From positions 62,395,767-62,459,766 of the forward strand of contig NC_133617.1 of assembly GCF_048593235.1 (NCBI RefSeq): a DNA stretch of 64,000 nucleotides, in the 5' to 3' direction. How positions within the stretch are numbered: the stretch's first letter is position 1; the number at the start of each line of letters is the position of its first letter. The translations under genes and the position numbers were made by a program. The stretch comes from Sminthopsis crassicaudata (Eukaryota). Below are positions 49,829 to 63,016 of the stretch, in pieces. The notes beneath the pieces are model-generated. The model ran no database searches. It saw only the letters and a program-made list of their open reading frames with translations, and was not told the origin of the DNA.

Positions 49829-50029
49829 ATATCCTCTCCGCTGGGGGGAGGGGGCTGGCCCAGCTCGGGTTAGGCAGCACTGGGCCGGGCTGGAGGCCTC
49901 CGTGGGAGCTGGGAGAAAAGGCGGGGGTCAGTGGGAGCTGAGGAAGCCCCTGGCAGGGACCGGGTCCTGACTGGGCTCCGAGTGGGGCCCCCAGCTCAGT
50001 CCTGTTAACCTTGACAGCGCGTGAGTTAC
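49829..50029 (+). other. NR2C2AP: U12-type AT-AC intron (201 nt), last intron of NR2C2AP
   Basis: 5' end ATATCCTCT, branch CCTTGAC at 50009-50015, terminal AC; this is the splice that keeps the homologous frame. Confidence 0.92.
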
Positions 50030-50146
50030 AGCTTCCCCGTGGCAGATGTCACACTGGACAAGCTCAAGGTAACTTTCGAGAAGAGCACTGACTTTTTTGG
50101 CCGGATCATCATCTACCACCTGCGGATCCTTGGGGAGAAGCTGTGA
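50030..50146 (+). CDS. NR2C2AP: NR2C2AP coding exon 5, SFPVADVTLDKLKVTFEKSTDFFGRIIIYHLRILGEKL-stop
   Basis: Follows an AC acceptor (50028-50029); matches human TFPIPAAEVDRLKVTFEDATDFFGRVVIYHLRVLGEKV; total CDS 426 nt. Confidence 0.95.
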   Translation, partial: SFPVADVTLDKLKVTFEKSTDFFGRIIIYHLRILGEKL

Positions 50147-50884
50147 GCGGCCCAGCAGCCCAGCTTCTCCCCTCACCCGCAGGACTCCCTGGAAGGACAG
50201 AGCAGAAGCTACACCTGCCTCTGGCCCAGTGGCCAGGAAGTAGGAGGAGTTATAATTTGGGTGACCAGAGTGGTTCCCACCCCCTCTTCTCCCCCCAAGA
50301 ACCTGAGAGAACCCCAGAAAGAAGTCTCAGAGGTTCAGTTTAATCCTTCCAGGAAGCCAGGCGTGATTGGAAAACAGCTGACACACTAACAGCATCGAAG
50401 AGACGGCTCTGAAGGACTTGAGAAGTCTGGTCACTGCAGCGTCTGGCCAAGATGCTGAAGTACACGTGAGAGGTTCAGGATGCAAAATAAGCATTCTTTG
50501 GACTAGACGTTGTAGAATTTGTTTTGCCCGATTATGCACATTTGTTCCAAGCTTTTTCTTTTAAGTGGTAAATGCTTGTTCATTTAAAAACGAAAAGAGA
50601 AGCCCACACATTCCTACCTTGGGATCGCCAGGCTGCTTGAATGGCCCCACCTGTCTCACTCTCAGCCCCCTGTGCCATCTACATGTAATGGGAAGCAGGC
50701 TCCCTCATTCTGGAACAAAGGAGTCAGCCCGAGGCCTTCTCAGAGTGGCCCCTCAGATCTAAGAAGGCAGCCATTTCTCCTCTCTTCCAGGCTACAGTTG
50801 CCCTATTTCCTTATAGCCAGACTTCCCTGGGTGTCAGAGATGGAACAGCCAGTGTTGACCCTGCTTGTGGGGGTAGCAGCTGGT

Positions 50885-50890
50885 TTTATT
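50885..50890 (-). terminator. RFXANK: Probable RFXANK polyadenylation signal AATAAA
   Basis: TTTATT on the + strand about 410 nt past the stop; first canonical hexamer found in the 3' UTR. Confidence 0.6.
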
Positions 50891-51299
50891 GGTTCATGTT
50901 CCCATTCCATGGGCTTGGGGAAGCAGGGAGGGATTCCCAGGATGGCTGGTGATGGGGCAGCAGAGGAGCCATCATGGCAGGGAGCTACGGGGTCAAGTCA
51001 TTAGCCAGGAGCACAGACCCTCCCACGGTCCTGGGAAGGAGATGAGCTGCCTTGTTTCTGTTTGGGGGTCTGCCTCGTGTGCACTGGAGTTCTTGGACAC
51101 GGAGTTCTTGGTTGTGGTCCCCCCAGATATTTGTAGGTGGCTAGGGAAAGACCCACAGCCTTCAGCCATGGGAAGAGGGAGATCTCCTGGACCTGCTCTC
51201 CCTGGCCATAGGGATTGAAGAACTGGCTTCTAAGTGAGCTGGCCTTCCTGAGCACCAGATGGAAGGCACAGGACCAAAGCCTAGTGGCCTAGGCCCCTT

Positions 51300-51367
51300 T
51301 CACTCTGTCTCTGGAAGCAGCTTGTTCTGAAAAAGTTTAAGGATATGGTTCTCCATCACCTGTTGGA
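51300..51367 (-). CDS. RFXANK: RFXANK last coding exon, VQQVMENHILKLFQNKLLPETE-stop; total CDS 792 nt
   Basis: CAG acceptor; matches human VQQVIENHILKLFQ; TGA at 51302-51300. Confidence 0.95.
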
Positions 51368-52450
51368 CTGAAGCCCAGAAAGAAGGGAGTGAGAGAAAAT
51401 AATTTAGGACCCCCTCTGCCCTGCCAGCACAAAGAGGCGAGAGCGGGGACTGCCAGGAGCTTGGAATGGCACATCTGACTTAGTGTCCTGGCAGTGACAC
51501 AAGCCAGTAGGACACTATCACTCTGAGGCTCAGTTTCCTCATCTGTACAATGAGGATAAGTAAATGGTTCATGGGGTAGGAAGGAGATGGGAACAGAACC
51601 CTCACAACCCCAGGTTTCCTGGGACCTGTCTAAAACAGATCTTTCTGGTGGATTTGGTGCAGATGGGGAGAAAAGGTCTGTCCCTCCAAGGAGGGGCTAC
51701 ACAGCCAGGTGGGGACGGAGCTGGGACTAGATGGAGCCTTGGCAGTGGCTGGAATGGTGGGGCTATTGACAGCTGACAAAAACTTTTGGTTTCTTGAGGA
51801 TTTTAGGGTATGGGAAAGGCTCTTTTCAGGGCAACCCTGTGCAGGTAACAGGATTCCCATTTTACATAAAGAAAAAATGAAGTTCAGAATTAGGAGTTGA
51901 TGCAGAATTGAGGGGAAGACAGCTGACTTGAGGCTCCAGAGCCCATGAGGGTAGGACTGGAACCCCATTTTGTCCTGATTTTGAGACCAGCATTTTCTCC
52001 TCTACACACATCCTTGATAGGCTAGCTAGGGCAGGGTCCAGGGGCTGGTATCAGAGGTAAAGAGACAAAGGTCCAGTGGAGTTCAGATACTTGTGGGGCC
52101 ACACACTTAGCTCATGGCTGAGGCAGGTCAAAACCAGGTTATCTTGCCTCCAACCACTGTACTACATACTGCTTCTTACTAGTTCTGTGACTGGGGGAGC
52201 AGCCTGCCTGAGTCTCTGTGAAATAGGAATACCACTGGTAGTATGTTTCACTGGCTGATTGTGAGGAAAGGGCTCTGCAGAACTTAAAACTTTTTTGGGG
52301 GGAATTTTTATTTTGGGAATTTGGGATTATTATTCTCTTCTTACCACTGTCCCCCCCAGGCCCTGGAGGCTATATATGGGGGCAGATCAAGATGAGGTAC
52401 TGTCCCCAACAAACTTGTATATAGTTTTTACTTCTTTATGTATATTTTCA

Positions 52451-52837
<387 letters not shown>

Positions 52838-53387
52838 TTATTAGAATATAAGCTCTTGGAAGGCAGAGACCATCTCTTCTTTCCCCAATGCACAGCTCAC
52901 TGTCTGGTACATTCTAATTACTTAAAAGCTTTTTTTGGAATCCACGAGGACCTGCCCTGGGACTCTGAATCTCTCACAAAGCTCCTGTTAGTATGCCCCT
53001 GGTTACTCATTAGGGACAAGCTGCTTACAAGCTAAAAGAAGCTGCCCCAAAAATTCATCTAAGTGTTACTGGTGGCCAAATTCAAACAGAAACAGCAGCC
53101 ACTAATTCTATACACAAGGATCCCTACAGGCTGCATATTGACTTAAGTTTAAAAACGTAATCCGTGTTTTATTGTATTTTTGTTGATTTTGTTAAATATT
53201 TCCTAATTACGTTTTAATCTGGTTTGGACCTCACTTGGGAGTGTTATGGGCTGCAAATCTGACATCTGTTGTGAGCCTAGCAAACTTGCTGCCTATGAAG
53301 GAAGCCCAGTGGACTATGGAGAATTGACAGGAAGTCTTCTAATCCAATAAGAGGAGAAAAAGGGGGAGAGAGCTGAAGTATGGATTA

Positions 53388-53573
<186 letters not shown>

Positions 53574-54151
53574 TTACTGCCTGGCTTGGGCAAGCCCCAG
53601 CCTGAATATCCTCAGGGGTAGGTAGTTACCAGGCAGGGCGCCCTCCTGGAGCCCCTCAGCTTCCTAGACGCTTCCTCCTCCTCAGGAGGATCTCAAACCC
53701 TGCTGGTGCCGAGACATCGCCAAGGCCTGGGACTCTTCTGGTCCCTCCTGGCAGGCTGGCGAAGCCTACGAACCCCTCAGAATAAAACGCAGGAGTTATA
53801 AAGGGGACATTCTACTGAGATAAAGTTTTCAAGATAAAAAAGTTCACACACCCTGGGTTAAGAAGCTGAAAGAAGCTTCTGTTAAGAAGCCTTTACAGAT
53901 GGAGAAAGTGAGGGTTAGAATCCAGGTCTCCTCCCAACCTGGCGGTTTTTCCCTAACATCACTCAGAGCTAAGCTTTGGCCAAAGAAGCCTCCCTGGCTC
54001 CTCATACCAGCTGGGTACTCAGCAGGCCTGGGACCCGGATCCTCCCTGGTAAGAAGGGAGGGACAAGCCCAGAGTCACCAATGCCAGGGGCTGGGGGGGC
54101 CTCACTGGGTCTGTAAGGGACCAAGGACACCCCTGTCAGTACTGAAGGTCA

Positions 54152-54640
<489 letters not shown>

Positions 54641-54894
54641 TCACCTCTGAAGGCGAGGGCAGGACCTGCCCTCCCTCTGCAGGACAGACAAACTCTGAGA
54701 CAAAGTCGAGACTCCTCCATGTGGCCTCCGTGGGCCCTTAAGTGATGGCTAAGGAGTGAAGCTTGTGATGGCCCAGAAGGCAGTGCCTGGGCAGAAAGGC
54801 CATCAGTTCTGAACTACTGCCCAATGCTTGGGGACTGGGAATAGGGAGGGGGTGGGCTACAGCATGGTCCCCAGAGGAGGGGGAGGAAGAAGAG

Positions 54895-55105
54895 ATGGAG
54901 AGAGACAGAGACAGAGGGAGAGAGAGAAAGAGACGGAAACAAAGGAGAGAGACAGACGGAGGTGGAGAGAGGAGAGAAACACATGATGGGGGAGAAACAA
55001 AGAGGCAGAGAGAAGAGTTAGAGGAAGAGAGAAAGTGGGGGGAGGAGAGACAGAGACAGAGACCACAGAGAAAAGAGAGAGGGAGAGAAAGAGAGAGACA
55101 GGGAA
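54895..55105. repeat. GA-rich low-complexity tract in an RFXANK intron
   Basis: Read directly. Confidence 0.9.
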
Positions 55106-55305
55106 AAGGTGCTTCTTGTTTGGCAATGTTGGCCCAGACTTCCCCAGCTATCAGACAGCTCTTCATAGTATCACAGAACCCTCAGAGATACAAATAAATG
55201 TCTAAGGTCCAGAGCAAAGGGGACAACCACTCAGTGCCCTGTGTCCTGACTGGACCCCATCTGGAAGGTCATTTGCATGTCACAAGATTTAGAAATTAAG
55301 GTCAC

Positions 55306-55456
55306 TGGGGGCAGCTAGGGGGCGCAGTGGATAGAGCACCAGCCCTGAAGTCAGGAGGGCCTGAGTTCAAATCTGGTCTCAGACACTTAACACTTCCTAG
55401 CTGTGTGACCCTGGGCAAGTCACTTAACCCCAGCCTCAGGAAAAAAAAAAAAAAAA
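55306..55456 (+). mobile_element. Young WSINE1 with poly-A tail and 13-bp TSD, in an RFXANK intron
   Basis: AAAT(T/G)AAGGTCAC at 55293-55305 and 55457-55469. Confidence 0.92.
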
Positions 55457-56280
55457 AAATGAAGGTCACCCAGGCAAGAAGAAATCTTCCTCTATGGTCC
55501 ACCTGATAGATGAGCCCCTCCTGCTGACCTGCCTCCAGAGAAGGGGTTCTCCACACCTTCTGGGGAGCTCATTTAGTGCTGGGTGAGTCCCAACACTGAT
55601 GTGGAGCTCTGCTCCATCACTTCTACCCACTATTCGCAGCTCTGACCTTGCTCATCCTCCTTCTCTATGACATTCTTTCTAGTGGTTAGACAGTGATCAC
55701 GGCCCTTCTAAGAAATCTTTTCTGCAGAATTAATATTCTCCACATGGTCTGAAGTTCTGTGCCCTCTTCTGAAGGTCTTTTCCACATAATGTAATAACCA
55801 CAAAAGCATCAGCCTGGGGGTTGGGCGACTCCAAATGAACTGAACACAGCACTTCAGAGGAGGTCTGACCGGGGCAGGCACTAGTAGGGCCATCCCTCCC
55901 TCGGGACAGCAGGCGGCCGTTCTATTTCTGTGTATGGCCTAAGCTTACATTAGCTTTCTTGTTGCCAAGCCACACAACTGATTTACATTAAGCTTGTACT
56001 CAGCTCATCCCCACAGGTGGTGTCAAAGTAGATAGAACTTGGGGGTCAAGGAGACCTGAATTCAAAATCTGCCTCAGATACTTACTAGCTGTGTGACTCT
56101 GGGCAAGACAATTAGCCTGTCAGCCTCCATCTCCCCACTAAAGTGAGATATAAATCAATTGTTCAGCTTGGCAATAACAATAGCAACCACCTCATGGTTT
56201 TGTTGTAAGAATTCAATGAGTTAACATACACAAAGGCTTTGGAAAATCTGAAAGCACCATATAAATGATAGCTATTGTTA

Positions 56281-56517
<237 letters not shown>

Positions 56518-57133
56518 CTAGGCTTTTAGCAGCTTTACAGGGTGCAAGTGGGCATAGCATCAACAGGGCAGGGAGGCTGGGGGGGGGGGGGGACAGCGCA
56601 CAGGTGTGTGTGTTTGTGTGTGAATCCTGTTCTGAAGGGGGTCTTCATGGTGCTCCAGATGACTATCGGACTCGGAGCTTTGGCCCTGACTGTGAGGACG
56701 GCGGCATGACCAAGGCAATAGATGGAATGAAGATGTGACCTGGGGGCCAAGGTGAGGTGCAAACAACAAGTGGCTGGAAACTGGAATTCCTAGATTCTAG
56801 ACCTAGATATTCAATCAATTCTACAGGGCCTCTCTGTACATTTGCTTCTGGATTTGGAAGCCGAGGGGACAGAGGGACTCCTTGGAGAGGTTTGTGTTCA
56901 CAGGGCCTGCTGCCTCTGGCCCTCCGGGCTCTCATACATCGGGGCAGAAGAGATGCCCTTCAAACAAAGCCAAGCTCCTTGGGCCGGCCTGAGCCCCTCA
57001 CTCTCTCTTCTGCAGAGCCTGTTCCCACCCAGTCCAGTCTCTGATAAAGTAGGCCAGGCTCAGGACTCTTAGAACCACAGTCCCTGGGGTCTGGGGAGGA
57101 GCAGCCAGGGAGAGGATAGCGGGAGCCACGTAC

Positions 57134-57199
57134 CTTTAAGAAGGTATTCTTTTAGCTGAGTCAGTTCTCCCTGAGCAGCAAGCTGGTGGATGGACAGAG
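57134..57199 (-). CDS. RFXANK: RFXANK exon, SLSIHQLAAQGELTQLKEYLLK (ankyrin 1)
   Basis: AACAG acceptor, GTACGT donor, 66 nt. Confidence 0.95.
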
Positions 57200-57502
57200 C
57201 TGTTGTTTAGGAAGGGGAGGCAGAAAGAGGCATGGGTTATAAGGGAGGGGAAGGAAACGTCTTTATGGGGGAGGGGCAGGACAACTTTGGAAATTTCAAA
57301 GATAATAAAGACGGATAAAGTCCCGGAACCAGAGAGTCAAGATAACGTGACACCCCCTCCCTGGCAGGGTCGGGCTCCTTCCTCATCTCTGGAGGTCAGA
57401 GTTTGGCACAGGGGCTCAGGTTTTCCCAGTGTGACATTCTCCAGCTCCGGTGGCTGAGAATTCTAGGGCCGGAGCCCAACCTTGGCCCCGAGGCATACTC
57501 AC

Positions 57503-57589
57503 AGTCCAGGGTGGCAGGCTGGGCGGAGATCTCGTTGCCCCTCTGCCGGTTGGTCAGGGTGGTGGAGTGCTTCAGGGAGCTGCTGCCGG
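57503..57589 (-). CDS. RFXANK: RFXANK exon, [29 protein letters not shown]
   Basis: CAG acceptor, GTGAGT donor, 87 nt; [16 protein letters not shown] motif. Confidence 0.95.
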
Positions 57590-58044
57590 CTGGGATAGAA
57601 GAGGAGCGGTCAGGAGGGCACTGAGCCTTCTCTGCCCCAGAAGAAAACTTCATGTCTAAACCCGGAGGTGAAGAGCACCGCCCACAGCCTGCCCGGGGTC
57701 AGCTCTAAGCACTTAGGGGCCAGGCGGGACACAAGAAGGGCAAAAACGCTCCCAGCCTCAGGGAGGAGGCAGGAAAGGGAGAGAGGGACTGTCACTAGAT
57801 GCGCGCCACCACTGCGCTAAGTTCTGTACAAACACCGTCTCTGGGAGAGCGGGATGGACCACAGGGTAATCCAGGAGGAGAGCAGCAGCAGCCGGGCAGG
57901 CGGGGTGAGCTCCAGTGCCCCTCAGTTTCCCCATCCATAAAATGGGGACCAGTAGCATGCAGCACGTTGGTGGCCCGTGCTTGTGAAGGGGCCAGTTTTG
58001 GTCGGGGTCCTCCTCTCCCGGCCTGATCTCCCCAGAGGACTTAC

Positions 58045-58240
58045 TGTGGGGCGCGGCGAGGACTCCGTCCAGCTCGGGACTCCCGGAGTCTGGGATGCAG
58101 GGGTACAGGCGCAGCAGCACGGTGTCAGAGCCATCCGAGCTGTCCTGGGTGGGGTCTTCAGGCTGAGGGAGGGCGGGGGGCTCCTGGAGCTGGCCAGGGC
58201 CCCCGGAACCTAGGCTGGCCACGGCCCCTTCTGGCTCCAT
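58045..58240 (-). CDS. RFXANK: RFXANK first coding exon (MEPEGAVASL...DGSDTVLLRLYPCIP...AAPH), exon 58045-58251 incl. 11 nt UTR
   Basis: AG acceptor 58253-58252, GCCATGG context, GTAAGT donor; DGSDTVxLxLxPC matches the human N-terminus. Confidence 0.9.
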
Positions 58241-59555
58241 GGCGGGCACTTCTGGGGGGTCCAGATGAAAGCAGGCAATTAGGGGGCGCTTCCCCCTGGG
58301 TGCCCCTCCCCCTCCTCACCATTCCTCCTCATACGGGAGGATGCTCCCCATTCCCAGGCCTGTTTCTGGAAGAAACTTTAGTCCTCTCTAGTCCTGGCTC
58401 GATGAGAGACCTTGATCAAGTCCCTTCCCCTCTCTAACCTCAGTTTCCCCTCTCTGCCAAATGACGCCCCACGCAGAGGAAATACAGGGCCAAGCAAACC
58501 CTTCGCGCCCGACGGATGCAGTTCCGCGGGCCTGCGTTTGTTCAGGGACCGGGGGAGAGCCCACCTTCTCGGACCCCAGCCCCTGCGCCCTGGGGGGACC
58601 GGGTGCGCGGGGCTCTGCCCACGAGGCAGCCGGGGCTGAGCAGCCTCTCCCCGCGTCTCCTGCCTGGGAGCCGGGATCCTCCTCCTCCCGACCCTACCCG
58701 GGACTTCCCGAGCCCGAACCGAAAGTTAACTTTACCAAACTGCAGCGCTCCGCCCCCTCGCCCCCTTCCCCAACCCGGCGGGGGGCCTCCCACAATGCAC
58801 CTGAGAGCAGCGGGGGCGGGGGGCGCCCCTCCCCCGCCGGGAGCAGCTGCGCAGAGCGCAGGGAAGGGACAGGGGCGCTGGCCCTTTAAGAACTCAGCTT
58901 CGGGCCCGGGAGACTAACCCGAGAGAGAGGAGGAGGGCCGGGCGGAGCTCGGACGCAAGGAGGCCAGGTCGGAGGGCTTCTAGTGCGCCTGCGCACCACT
59001 CGAGCCCCCTCCCGTAGGAACCAATCGACCGGGGGGCTGGGCGGGACCAACTGGGCTGCGGGATTTAAAGGGACGGTGCGGGCCATTTCTCGTCCCCCCT
59101 CCTGAGGCGCGAGTTTTCCCCTTTTTAGGCTATTCCGGGGACCTGGGGGAGGCCGAGGGCGTTGGGGTGGAAACCTGGGAGCCGGCCCCCAAGGTGAGAG
59201 GTGGGCCTGTGGAGCCCCTCTCCTCCCTGCGGACAGGAGTCCCCTCTCCCGTTTGAGCCCCTCGGGGAGTGTCCTTCCCCGCTAAGGCCTGGATCGGAGG
59301 CCCCCACTCCTTCGCCTCGTCCCGGGCCGAAGCCACCGCCGGGGCTGGTCCTCCCGCAGCCCAGGACTGGGACCAAGGGGCGGGGAGGAGGTCGGAGTGC
59401 ATTAGGGAGCCAGACCGGAAGCGGAACTGGAGCGGCGCGGCTACGAGTTTCGGCCGGGACGGTCGAGGAGCTGCACCTCTCCCCGGCCCCCCGAGGCTTC
59501 CCGTCGCCGCCAACCGCCACCAACTGCCACAAACCGCCGGCTCCGCGGAGGCGCC

Positions 59556-59592
59556 ATGGAGGAGGCGGAGATGCAGCTCAAGGGGAAGAAAG
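59556..59592 (+). CDS. BORCS8: BORCS8 (MEF2BNB) exon 1, MEEAEMQLKGKK-V
   Basis: GCCATGG context, 37 nt, GT donor; matches human MEEPEMQLKGKK. Confidence 0.93.
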
Positions 59593-60436
59593 GTGGCGGC
59601 GGGGCGGGGACCGGGGGCCGGGGAGGGAGGTGAAAAGTCGAAACTGGCTGGAGACGCCGCTGTGTGACCCCGGGCAAGTGTCTCCCCCTCTCTGGGTCCG
59701 AGTGCGCCTTTCAAACGGTCCGGGTCCTCACCCCGCAGCCGTGAACTTGGACGGGGAAAATTACCTATTTTCGCTAAACTCTGGCTTTCATATGCACTTT
59801 ATGCCAGGCACTTTAAAATGTGTCCTGGGAAGTCCGTGGATTTCCCCTGGCCGGCCCCCAAAGGGTTCCAATCACGAGCAAGGTGGGGGACCCCCGCACC
59901 CGAGGGAGGCCTTTCTGTTGCCAGCTCCTGGAGGTCGCTGGAGACTTCCGGAGGATCACGTCTTCTCCGCTGTCCCCCAATTCGCTGCCCCGTTTTCTAG
60001 AAGGGACCTTGGGGGTCATCTAGCAATAGCACTCATTTTACAGATAGGGAAACTGAGTCCTGGAGAGAAGAGGAGGATCAGTCGACTTAAGTATAGTTGC
60101 TCCTCTTATCAATCAGCTGCTCAGAGGAGAAGGTTGGGTTAGATAAGAGTTTAAGGTCCCTTTTAGGCACTAAACGTAGGATATTTCCAACCTCAGCTCT
60201 CCCTAAAACCAGGCCGGAAAGTCATATGCCAAGGGATCAGTCGAACAGAATACATTGGATCCCCGTTGTTGTCAGTCTGTGTCTGAGGGGACATTCCGGA
60301 GTCCCCCTACGGAGGGATCTCTGATCGCTCAGCCCCGAGCGGGGATGTACTGGGGAAGTTAGAGCCGGCGGGCAGTTTTCATTACTTTGGGATCCTTTGA
60401 TTGCATCTTAACCACGGCCACTGGCTTTGGGTTCAG

Positions 60437-60549
60437 TTACAGACAAATTCACGGAGAGCGTGTACGTCCTGGCCAACGAGCCCTCCGTGGCGCTCTACCG
60501 CCTGCAGGAGCATGTGAGGCGCTCCTTGCCCGAGTTAGCCCAGCACAAG
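60437..60549 (+). CDS. BORCS8: BORCS8 exon 2, VTDKFTESVYVLANEPSVALYRLQEHVRRSLPELAQHK; later exons not found in the window
   Basis: CAG acceptor, GTGAGC donor, 113 nt; matches recalled human sequence. Confidence 0.96.
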
Positions 60550-60829
60550 GTGAGCCTGCGGAGTGGTCGGCACCGGCCTGGTCCGGAGGGGGGCGCTTCC
60601 TGAGCTCGGGGAGGACCTAGGGACAAGAGCTATGATAGGAAAAGACAATCACTTTATATGGCTTCAGAGGATGTAATTGGGGCTACTGGAATAGTGTGTG
60701 CAAGGAGGCAGATTTCAGCTTCAAGAGCAACTTAGTGATCAAAGCTGGCCCCCAATGTTATAGGCTGTCCTGGGAAATATGAATTGTTTAAACAAAGAGG
60801 GAGGAGGTATTGTAAAGGGGCTCATATTC

Positions 60830-62111
60830 CTTTTTTTATTATAGCTTTTTACTTTTCAGAATATGTGCAAAGATAGTTTTAACCTTTGCAAAACCTTGTG
60901 TTCCATATTTTTCTCCCTTTCCCCCTCTCCCTTCTAGTAAGTTCCAAAATAGTTTAAATCCATGGGATTCTTCTAAATATATTTCCATACTTATCATGCT
61001 GCACAAGAAAAATCAGATCAAAAGGGGGAAAAGTGAGAAAAAAAAAGGTGAAAATACTAGCTCCATATTCAGTCCCCATAATGCTCCCTGTGGATGCAAA
61101 CGACCTTTTCATCACAAATGTGTTTGAATTGGCCTGCATCACGGCCATGAAAAGAGCCGAGTCCATCACAGTTGGTCATCACATAATTTTATTGTTGCTG
61201 TATACAATGATCTCCTGGTTCTACTCATTTCACTCAGCATCAGTTCCTGTAAGTTTCTCCAAACCTCTCTGAGATCATCCTGCTGGTCATTTCTTACAGA
61301 ACAATAATATTCCATAACCTTCATATACCACAACTTATTCAGCCCTTCTCCAATTGATGGACATCCACTCAGTTTCCAGTTCCTTGCTACTACAGAAAGG
61401 GCTTCTACAAGTATTTTTGCCCATGTGGGTCTTTTTCCCTTTTTTATGATCTCTTTGGGATACACACCCAGTAAGGACTTTGCTGGATCAAAAGATATGC
61501 AGTTTGACAGCCCTTTGGGTGTAGTTCTACATTGTTGGTCAGAATGGTTGGATCAGTCCACAACTCCAACAATGTGTTAATATCCCAGTTTTCCCATATC
61601 CCCTCCACCATTTATCGCTATCTTTTCCTGTCAGCTAATCTGAGAGGTGTGAAGTGGTATTTCAGAATTGTCTTAATTTGCATTTCTCTGATCAATAGTG
61701 ATTTAGAACAGCTTTTTCATATGATTATAAATGGTTTTAATTTCTTCATCTGAAAATTGTTCTTTTCCTTTGACCATTTTTCAATTGAAGAATGGCTTAT
61801 ATTCTTACAAACTTAGAAGTGAGGCCTTTATCAGAAATTTTTTCCCAATTTTCTGCTTCCCTTCTAATCTTCACTACTGCTTTTAAAATTAATATAATCT
61901 GTATTATCCATTTTGCATTTCATAATGTTCTCTACTTCTTTGGCTATAAATTCATTCTCTACATATCTGAGAAGTAAACTGTCTCATGTTCTCCTAATTT
62001 GCTTATAGTATCACCCTTTATTTTAAACCAAACTCATTTCAACCTTATTTTGGTATAGGGTATTGGGTGTTGGTCAGTGCCTAGTTTCTGCCATACTATT
62101 TTCTAATTTTG
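60830..62111 (-). mobile_element. 5'-truncated L1 (about 1.3 kb) in BORCS8 intron 2
   Basis: Poly-T left end, L1 3' UTR/ORF2 end; degenerate TSD aaggggctcatattc / aagggttcatatttc. Confidence 0.85.
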
Positions 62112-62874
62112 AAGGGTTCATATTTCAAGTAAAGTTTGAACTACATGATTGAAATTTCTTTTTTAAAACAAATCATCTTTTGTTTATATTACCTTGGCTT
62201 CTCAAAAATCTCTTTCCCTTCCTCAACCAACCAGCACTTATAATAGGGAAGGTAGTTTAGCCAAAATAAATACTTTAGTTAAGTCTGCCAGTATATGTTG
62301 TGTTCATACCCATCACCCCTATCTCTGTGAAGATGATTTCTAAGGTACTCTGTAATTCCGAATTTCTGTGCTATCATGATGTAGGGGAAAGAGCAATACA
62401 TTTGGAAAGTTAGGCCTGAGGTCAATTTCTAAAACTTTGGCTTCTCAGTGGGCAAATCAGTTTACTTTTCTGTAATTCAGTTTCCTTATCTCTAAAAATC
62501 AAGATAATCCTTTTCACAAATGCTTTGGAAATTTTGAAAGTGTATATATCAATATTGGTCACTGTTAACTGACTCTTCTGGTTTCTGGGACTGATGCAAA
62601 CTAAGCTAAGACCCTGCCTGCTGCTTTTATGGAGCTAACACTTGAGTACTGGGTTGCTTTCCTACAAAAATAGCAGGTTCCTTTTTACATGAAATTTCAA
62701 ATAAAGAAGAGTTAAAAAACATTCTGTGAAAATTCTAAGGAGAGAAAAATTGTTTCTGATCGGAGAAGGAAAGCTTCAAGAAAGAGGTAGCATATAAGCT
62801 GTGTTTTAATTGAGGAAGAAAGAATTCCAGGGTGTGGCAGTTTTGGGAGAAGAGGCAGCAAAGTAGTGTGGTTT

Positions 62875-63016
62875 TGGTCAACCTAATATCTGGGAGAGGG
62901 GGTAGGAGGAAGGAGGGGAAAAATTGGAACAAAAGATTGGGCAATTGTTAATGCTGTAAAATTACCCATGCATATAACTTGTAAATAAATAGCTATAATA
63001 AATAAATAAGCAAATA
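62875..63016 (+). mobile_element. 142-bp L1 3' tail with perfect 15-bp TSD
   Basis: AAAGTAGTGTGGTTT at 62860-62874 and 63017-63031. Confidence 0.9.

Larger units (their letters stand above)
57700..60620. promoter_or_regulatory. Bidirectional RFXANK/BORCS8 CpG island: NRF1-like TGCGCCTGCGCA 58984-58995, CCAAT 59021-59025, tandem ETS CCGGAAGCGGAA 59415-59426
   Basis: Head-to-head genes about 1.3 kb apart (ATG to ATG); motifs read directly. Confidence 0.8.

Noticed and set aside
59201-60142. 313-aa + strand ORF over the BORCS8 promoter and exon 1
   Set aside because: Shadow ORF in a CpG island, out of frame with BORCS8 and running through a MIR
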